Of a DNA stretch of 64,000 nt, positions 57,480 to 64,000 are shown piece after piece. Source of the DNA: Felis catus (lineage: Eukaryota). Each line of letters begins with the position of its first letter. Within the stretch, counting starts at the first letter, position 1. Under the pieces are notes generated by a model. The model had not been told where the DNA came from, ran no database searches, and saw nothing but the letters and a program-made list of their open reading frames with translations. Where the stretch lies: the NCBI RefSeq assembly GCF_018350175.1, contig NC_058383.1:1488001-1552000 (forward strand), given 5' to 3'. Both the position numbers and the translations under genes were made by a program.

Positions 57480-57698
57480 GGGGTGCCTGAGTAGCTCAGT
57501 CACTTGGGTGGCTGACTTTGGCTCATGTCATGATCTCGCAACTCATGAGTTCGAGCCCCGCATTGGGCTCTGTGCTGACAGCTCGGAGACTGGAGCCTGC
57601 TTCAGATCCTGTGCCTCCTTCTCTCTCTCTGCCCCTCCCCTGCTCATACTCTTTACCTCTCTCTCTCTCTCTCTCTCTCAAAAATAAACATTAAAAAA
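57480..57698 (+). mobile_element. Can-SINE inside L1 ORF2
   Basis: GGGGTGCCTGAGTAGCTCAGTC head, CT tract and A tail; TSD AAAGACTGTA on both sides. Confidence 0.95.
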
Positions 57699-58370
57699 AA
57701 GACTGTAATAAAAGACAAAGAAGGGCACTACATGATGATAAAAAGGTCAATCCAACAAGAGGATGTAACAATTGTAAATGTTATGCACCCAACATAGGAG
57801 GAGCACAGAAGTATATAAAACAAGTACTAACAGATCAAAAGGGAGAAAGAGATAGCAATACAATAATAGTAGGGGACTTTAATACACTTACATCAATGGC
57901 TAGGTCATCCAGACAGAAAAATCAATAGAGAAACACTGGCCAGGAAAAGTTGGGCTGACATGTTAGACCAGATGGACTTGATAGATACATACAGAACATT
58001 CTACCCGAAAGCTACGGAATACACATTCTTCTCAAGCACACATGCAACATTTTCCAGGATAAATCACCTGTTGGGCCACAAAACAAGTCTTAATAAGTTG
58101 AAGAAAATTTAAATCAAATCAAGAAGCTTCTGACCTTAGTGGTAGGAAACTAGCAATCAATTTTAAGAAAACTGGAAAATTCACAAATCCATGGAGATCA
58201 GACAACATTTTACTGAACAGTGAATGGGTCAAAGAAGAGATCAAACAAGAAATGCAAAATGCGTTGAGATGAGTGAAAATGGAAATAGAACATCCCAGAA
58301 TTTACAGGATGCAGCAAAAGCAGATCTAAGAAATTCCGGTGATAAATGCTTCAAGAAATGAAAAAACTCA

Positions 58371-58593
58371 GGGGCGCCTGGGTGGCGCAGTCGGTTAAGC
58401 GTCCAACTTCAGCCAGGTCACGATCCCGCGGTCCGTGAGTTCGAGCCCCGCGTCGGGCTCTGGGCTGATGGCTCGGAGCCTGGAGCCTGTTTCCGATTCT
58501 GTGTCTCCCTCTCTCTCTGCCCCTCCCCCGTTCATGCTCTGTCTCTCTCTGTCCCAAAAATAAATAAACGTTGAAAAAAAAAAGAAAAAAGAA
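58371..58593 (+). mobile_element. Young feline SINEC_Fc-type SINE inside L1 ORF2
   Basis: CpG-intact GGGGCGCCTGGGTGGCGCAGTCGGTTAAGCG head; TSD AAGAAATGAAAAAA(A)CTCA at 58353-58370 and 58594-58612. Confidence 0.97.
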
Positions 58594-61500
58594 AAAGAAA
58601 TGAAAAAACTCAAATAAACAACCTAACTCTGCACCTCAAAGAACTAGAAAAGAAGAACAAACAAAACCCCAAGTTAGTAAAAGGGAGGAAATAATCATCA
58701 TCAGAGGGGGAAATAAATGAAATAGAGACTAAAAAGACAATAGAAAAGATCAGTGAAACTAACAGCTGTTTTGTTAAAAGGAAAACAAAAGTGTCAAACC
58801 TTTGGCTAGACTCACCAAGAAAAAAAGAGAGGACTCAAATAAATAAAGTCAGAAACGAGAGATGTTACACCTTATGCACAAATACAAAGGCTCATAAGAC
58901 ACTCCTAAGAAAAATTATATGCCAACACATTACACAACCTAGAAGAAATGGATAAACTCCTAGAAATGTACAACCTACCAAGACTGACTCATGGAGAAAT
59001 AGAAGATCTGAACAGACTGACTACTACTAGTAAGGAGGTAGAATCCGTAATCCAAAGCTTTCCAACAAGCAAAAGTCCAGGACCATATGGCCTCACTGGT
59101 CAATTCTATGAAAAGGTAAAAACAAAAATTAATACCGATTCTTCTCACACTCTTCAAAAAAAAAAAATGTAAGAGGGGAGAACACTTCCAAACTCATGGT
59201 ACGAGACCAGTATACAACCCTGATGCCAAAACCAGACAAGGACACCACAAGAAAAGAGAACTACAGGCCAATATCCCTGACGGACATGCATGCAAAACTC
59301 CTCAAAAAACTGCTGGCAGAACGAATTCAACAATACATTAGAAGGATCTTACACCGTTGTCACGGGGGATTTATTCGAGGGATGCAAGGGTGGTTCAACA
59401 TCCACATCCGTCAACGTGAGGCACATTAACAAGGAAGGATAAAAGTATTTTGATCATCTCAATGAAAAAGCATTTGACAAAATTCACCATCTATGATTCA
59501 AAAAAAAAAAAACAACTTTCAACAAAGTGCAAATAGAGGGAACCTTTCTTGACATAATAAAGACTGTAGATGAGAAGCCCACATCTAGCGTCACACTCAA
59601 TGGTTAAAAGCTGAAAGCTTTTCCTCTAAGATCAGGAACAAGACAAGGATGTCCGCTGTCATTATTCAACACAGTGTGGGAAGTCCTAGCCACGGCAGTT
59701 AGGCAAGGAAAAGAAAATGTGCCCAAATCAGAAAGAAAGAAGTGTCACTGTGTGTTGACGACACGATATTATGTAGAGAAAACCATGAAGACGCCACCAA
59801 AAAACCATCAGAACCGATCAGTTAATTCAGTCAAGTCACAGCATACAAAACGAGTACAAAATCGGCTGCGTTTCTATACACCAACAATAAACTCTTAGAA
59901 AGAGAAATTAAGGAGACAGTCCCCTTTACAATTGCATGAAAAGGAATAAAATACCTAGGAATACATTTAACCAGGGTGGTGAAAGACCTGTACACTGAAC
60001 ACTACGACATCGATGGAAGGAACAAGACACACAGATGGGAAGACAGTCCGTGCTCATGGACTGGAGGAACCAATGTGCTCAAAATGTCCATACTACACAA
60101 AGCAACCTACAGATTCAATGCAATCCCTAAAGAAATTCCACAGAATTCCATTGTTCACAGAAATAGAACAAGCAATCCTAAAATTTGTGTGGAACCACAA
60201 AAGATCTCAAATACCAAACAAATCAATCTCCAGAAAGAACAAATCTGGAGGCATCACGTCCCCTGATTTCAAACTATGTTATAAAGTTACAGGAATCAAA
60301 ACTGTATGGTACTGGCACAAAAAAAAAAAACAGATACATAGATCAATGGAACAGATTAGAAAACCCAGAAATAAACCCATGCATATAGGGCCAATTAATT
60401 TACAATAAAGGAGCTAAGAACATATGATAGGAGAGGGGCAGTCTCTTCAATAAACGGTGCTGGGAAAACTGAAGTCACACGCAAAAGAAACGGGCCCACT
60501 TTCTCCCACCACACACACACAGATCAATGCAAAATGGGCTGAAGACTTGAATGTTAAGACTTGAAACCATAAAACTCCTAGAAGAAAACACAGGCGGTAA
60601 GCTTCTTGACATCAGTCCTGCTGCTGATGTGTGTTTTTTTTTTTTTTTTTAACGTCAGAAGCAAAGGCAACACAAACAAAAACAAAGCAGTGGAACAGCA
60701 TCCACCTGCAAAGCTTCTGCCCGGCACAGAAAACCATCCACACATGAAAAGACAACCCGCGGAATGGGAGAAAATATTTTCAACTCAGATCTCTGAGAGG
60801 GGGCTAATGCCCAAAATATATAAAGAACTCATACAACTCAACAGCAAAACAAAAACAAAAATAAAAACCAACAATCCCATTTAAAAACGAGTAGAAGACG
60901 CAGAGCAGGTATTTTCAAAGAAGACATCCAGGTGGCAAACAGGTACAGAAAAAGGTGCTCAACAGCAGTTATCGATCATCAGGGAAATGCCAATCAGGAC
61001 CACAGTGAGAGGCCACCTTACACCTGACAGAATGGCTAAATCAACAACAAAGAAATAAGAGATGTTGGCGAGGATGTGGAGAAAAAGGAACCCCTGTGCA
61101 CTGCTGGTGGGAATGCACACTGGTACAGCCACTCTGGAAGACAGTATGGAGGGTCTTCACAAAATTAGACATAGAATTACCCTATGTTCAGCAATTTCAC
61201 TTCTGGATATTCACCCAAAGGAAAGAAAAACACTAACTTGAAGACATATCTGCACCCCCACGTTCACTGCGACATTATTTACAAGGGACAAGACACAGAA
61301 GTAGTCAAGTTTCCATAAATGGATGAGTGGATACAGGAAGCAGAAAATGTGGCATAGACACACTGCAGAATATCAGCCTCAAAAAAGGAAATCTTGCCAT
61401 TTGTGACAACATAGGTGGGCCTCAAGGGCATGATGCTACGTAAAATAAGAGAGAAACAGATAGTGTATGCTCTCACTTCTATGTGGAATCAAAAAAGAAA

Positions 61501-61870
61501 ACAAAACCATATGCTCATACAGAGAAAAGATTGGTGGTTGCCAGAGGTGGGGGTTGGAGGTGGCCAAAATGGGTGCAGGGGGTCAAAACATACACATTTT
61601 CAATTATAAAATAACTAAGTCCTGGGATGTAATATGCACCATGTAACATGCGTGATGACTATAGTTAATATACCATGTAACATATTTGGAAGTTGCTCAG
61701 ACAGCTGATCTTAAAAGTCCTCATCACCAGAAACAATTTTTGTAACTATGTGTTGTGATGGATGTTAACTAGACTTAGAGGGGATCATCTCACAGTATCT
61801 ACAAATACTGAACCATCATGTGCCACATCTGAGACTAATATATGTCAATTACATCTCAGTTAAAAAAAAA

Positions 61871-62220
61871 TATTTTCAGTCTACATTCTTCCTTCTCCTC
61901 TTCTGGCACAAGTGTTAGATCTTTTGTTATTGTTCACAGATTCCCAGAAGTCTTTTCATTTATTTCCAGTCTTTTTTCTCTCTGTTGTTCAGATAGGGAC
62001 ATTTCTATAATAGGTCTTCAAGTTTATGGATTTTTTTCTGTTGTCTCCAAATGACTATTCAATTTGTCCAGTCAATTTTTAGTTTCGATGCTTGAATTTT
62101 CCAGTTCTATAATTTCCATGTTATTTTTTATATCTTTTTATATCTTTCTTTTTCATATGTTTCAAGAGTGTTTGTAATTACTTGTTGAAACATTCTTTAT
62201 GGTTGTTCTGGTTCTGGGGA
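61871..62220 (-). mobile_element. Continuation of the older minus-strand L1 (ORF1 region)
   Basis: TTCTCCTCTTCTGG...TTAGATCTTTTG...TTTTCTCTCTGTTGTTCAGAT is typical antisense L1 ORF1 text. Confidence 0.6.
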
Positions 62221-62511
62221 TGGTGAGTGGGTTTTATTGTGTGCGCACCATTGTTGCTCTTTAAAAGCTTCTCTCTTTGTTTTTAAGCATAGAAAGAGCA
62301 GTGATGTTCAGACTCCTTCGTGACCGGAATACACAGAGAACCCACCAGTGGTTAAAAAAAAAAAAAAAAAAAAAGCCAGCATGGATAAGGACTATACACA
62401 ACCAGTCTGTCCACAAGAGTTCATATAGCCTAATGAGCAGCACTAGAAAAATATCTTCCTGAACTCTCTGAAAATATGAGCTATAATTTTATTTTTTCAT
62501 TATTAAAAACT

Positions 62512-62717
62512 GTTTTAATGGTATCTCATTTTTGAGAGACAGAGACAGAATGAGAGTAGGGGAGGGGCAGAGAGATAGGGAGACACAGAATCTAAAGCAG
62601 GCTCCAGGCTCCGAGCTGTCGGCACAGAGCCCGGTGCACGGCTCGAACCCATGAACCATGAGGTCATGACCTCAGCCGAAATCGGACGCTTAACCGACAG
62701 AGCCACCCAGGCGCCCC
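62512..62717 (-). mobile_element. Can-SINE
   Basis: Typical SINEC body ending GAGCCACCCAGGCGCCCC. Confidence 0.95.
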
Positions 62718-62769
62718 TTTTTAAATTATTTTCTTAAGTTTGTTTGTTTATTTATTTATTTATTTATTT

Positions 62770-63001
62770 ATTTATTAATTTAAAAAAAATTTTTTTTTCA
62801 ACGTTTATTTACTTTTGGGGGACAGAGAGACAGAGCATGAACGGGCGAGGGGCAGAGAGAGAGGGAGACACAGAATCGGAAACAGGCTCCAGGCTCCGAG
62901 CCATCAGCCCAGAGCCTGACGCGGGGCTCGAACTCACAGACCGCGGGATCGTGACCTGGCTGAAGTTGGACGCTTAACCGACTGCACCACCCAGGCGCCC
63001 C
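62770..63001 (-). mobile_element. Young feline SINEC_Fc-type SINE inserted in the tail of another SINE
   Basis: Near-identical to the 58371 copy in reverse; flanked by AAGTTT(G/A)TTT. Confidence 0.95.
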
Positions 63002-63198
63002 AAGTTTATTTATTTTTGAGAGAGAGCGAGAGAGTGTGCACACGTGGGGCAGAGAGAGAGGGAGACAGAGGATCCCAAGCAGGCTCCACACTGTCACCAC
63101 AGAGCCCGACACGGGGATTCAACTCACAAACCGTGAGCTCATGACCTGAGCCGAAACCAAGAGTTGGACGCTAACCTGACTGAGTCACCCAGGAGCCT
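63002..63198 (-). mobile_element. Older Can-SINE (host of the nested insertion)
   Basis: TTTATTTATTTTTGAGAGAG...GGATCCCAAGCAGGCTCC...GAGTCACCCAGGAGCC. Confidence 0.9.
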
Positions 63199-64000
63199 CG
63201 AACGAGAATTTTAACTATAAATGGGTCCTTTTTCCTGTTTACCTTGGTTTTTGCCATCAGACCCACGGCTCAGATTTCTGGTGGGTCTCAGCACTCTCTG
63301 TAGTTCAGAGTGACAGTTTAACGAGCTCCTTACGCTCTTTCGCACCTGGACAGGGTTTGCTAATTCGGGCAGCAAGGAGGGTGAGCTGGAAGGGCATTTT
63401 GTTGGGAGACCCCAACCGACGACACACAGATCTTTCCTCTTGGGCCAGGTTCTCCAAGAGTTATCCCGTAACGTGCCGAGCGCCGCATCTGGGAGCCAAG
63501 GGAGGGGAGAGGAGAGGCCGGGGCGCGACTGCTGCTTTCCAGTTCTGGTGCTCTGCGTCCAGCCCTCACCTTCTGCAGCGCCTGGTGTCCCCGAGCCCAA
63601 GGTCTCTGTGGATCTTCCTCTCCGGGGACGAAATTTCTGAACAAGGAAGTCACCCGGTGGCTTTCCTTCTCAAACCAATACAGTCCGTGCACCCTTTGGA
63701 CCGTCAGCCCGCAGATGTGTACCGTGTGTGATGACGGATTCTCTCCTCTCCGGTGAGAAAGGCCGCATAGCGTTTGTCCTGTCTTGTGACAAGGGAGCGA
63801 GCGTTCGTGGACCTGTGACACTCGGCCTTGGCCACGGGCTGCCCCGCGGAGACGGGGCACGATCTTCAAGCACCTCCACGACAGGCAGCGGAAATCATCC
63901 CGAGGGCCATCCCGCAGGCAGTTCCCGTGGCTCCTGTGGTGTGAGGGCCCCCCCCACGTGGGCAGACCCAGCCCTGTCCCGGACAGGCCAGGCCTGCCCC

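Larger units (their letters stand above)
56035..61870 (+). mobile_element. 5'-truncated LINE-1 (L1MA9/carnivore L1-like): ORF1 C-half, decayed ORF2, 3'UTR and poly-A
   Basis: ORF1 remnant SAEILQARREWHHIFKVLK; ORF2 start near 57190 (ACTTTAAATGTCAATGGACTAAAT); RT pieces MDKLLEMYNLPRL and [18 protein letters not shown]; 3'UTR ending TATGTCAATTACATCTCAGTTAAAAAAAAA at about 61870. Non-functional. Confidence 0.92.

Noticed and set aside
58371..58450. tRNA gene (A/B-box-like TGGCGCAGTCGG and GTTCGAGCCC)
   Set aside because: This is the tRNA-derived head of a Can-SINE, followed by a CT tract, A tail and TSD.
56035..61870. Active LINE-1 or domesticated reverse transcriptase
   Set aside because: 5'-truncated, ORF2 broken into fragments under 135 aa, and interrupted by SINEs.

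Overview
Mammalian, not microbial, genomic DNA from a felid (Can-SINE/SINEC_Fc-type tRNA-derived SINEs throughout). The one clear protein-coding unit is the single coding exon of ELFN1 (45736-48213, +; signal peptide-LRR-FN3-TM synaptic adhesion protein with a C-terminal KKVQF PP1-docking motif). It is preceded by a splice acceptor at 45467-45468, a uORF-containing 5'UTR segment, and about 38 kb of very GC/CpG-rich, presumably intronic DNA. Both window ends (1-6.9 kb and 52.5-63.2 kb) are AT-rich stacks of decayed LINE-1 with nested SINEs. Nearly all other ORFs in the track are GC-content artefacts or L1 relics. The most striking unexplained structure is a minisatellite at 21056-21335 in which nearly every 21-26 bp unit carries a CTCF core motif (TGCCCCCTAGTGG), about 12 copies in one orientation: a candidate copy-number-tunable insulator or loop anchor. 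Other candidates are a compact CRX+NRL+NR2E3-type motif cluster 1.6 kb before the coding exon, a strong-Kozak in-frame uORF, a double-X-box/CCAAT promoter-like region, several AT-rich homeodomain/POU islands, and L1 relics apparently converted into CpG-rich DNA. All regulatory calls are motif-based inferences read by eye; repeat boundaries are approximate.
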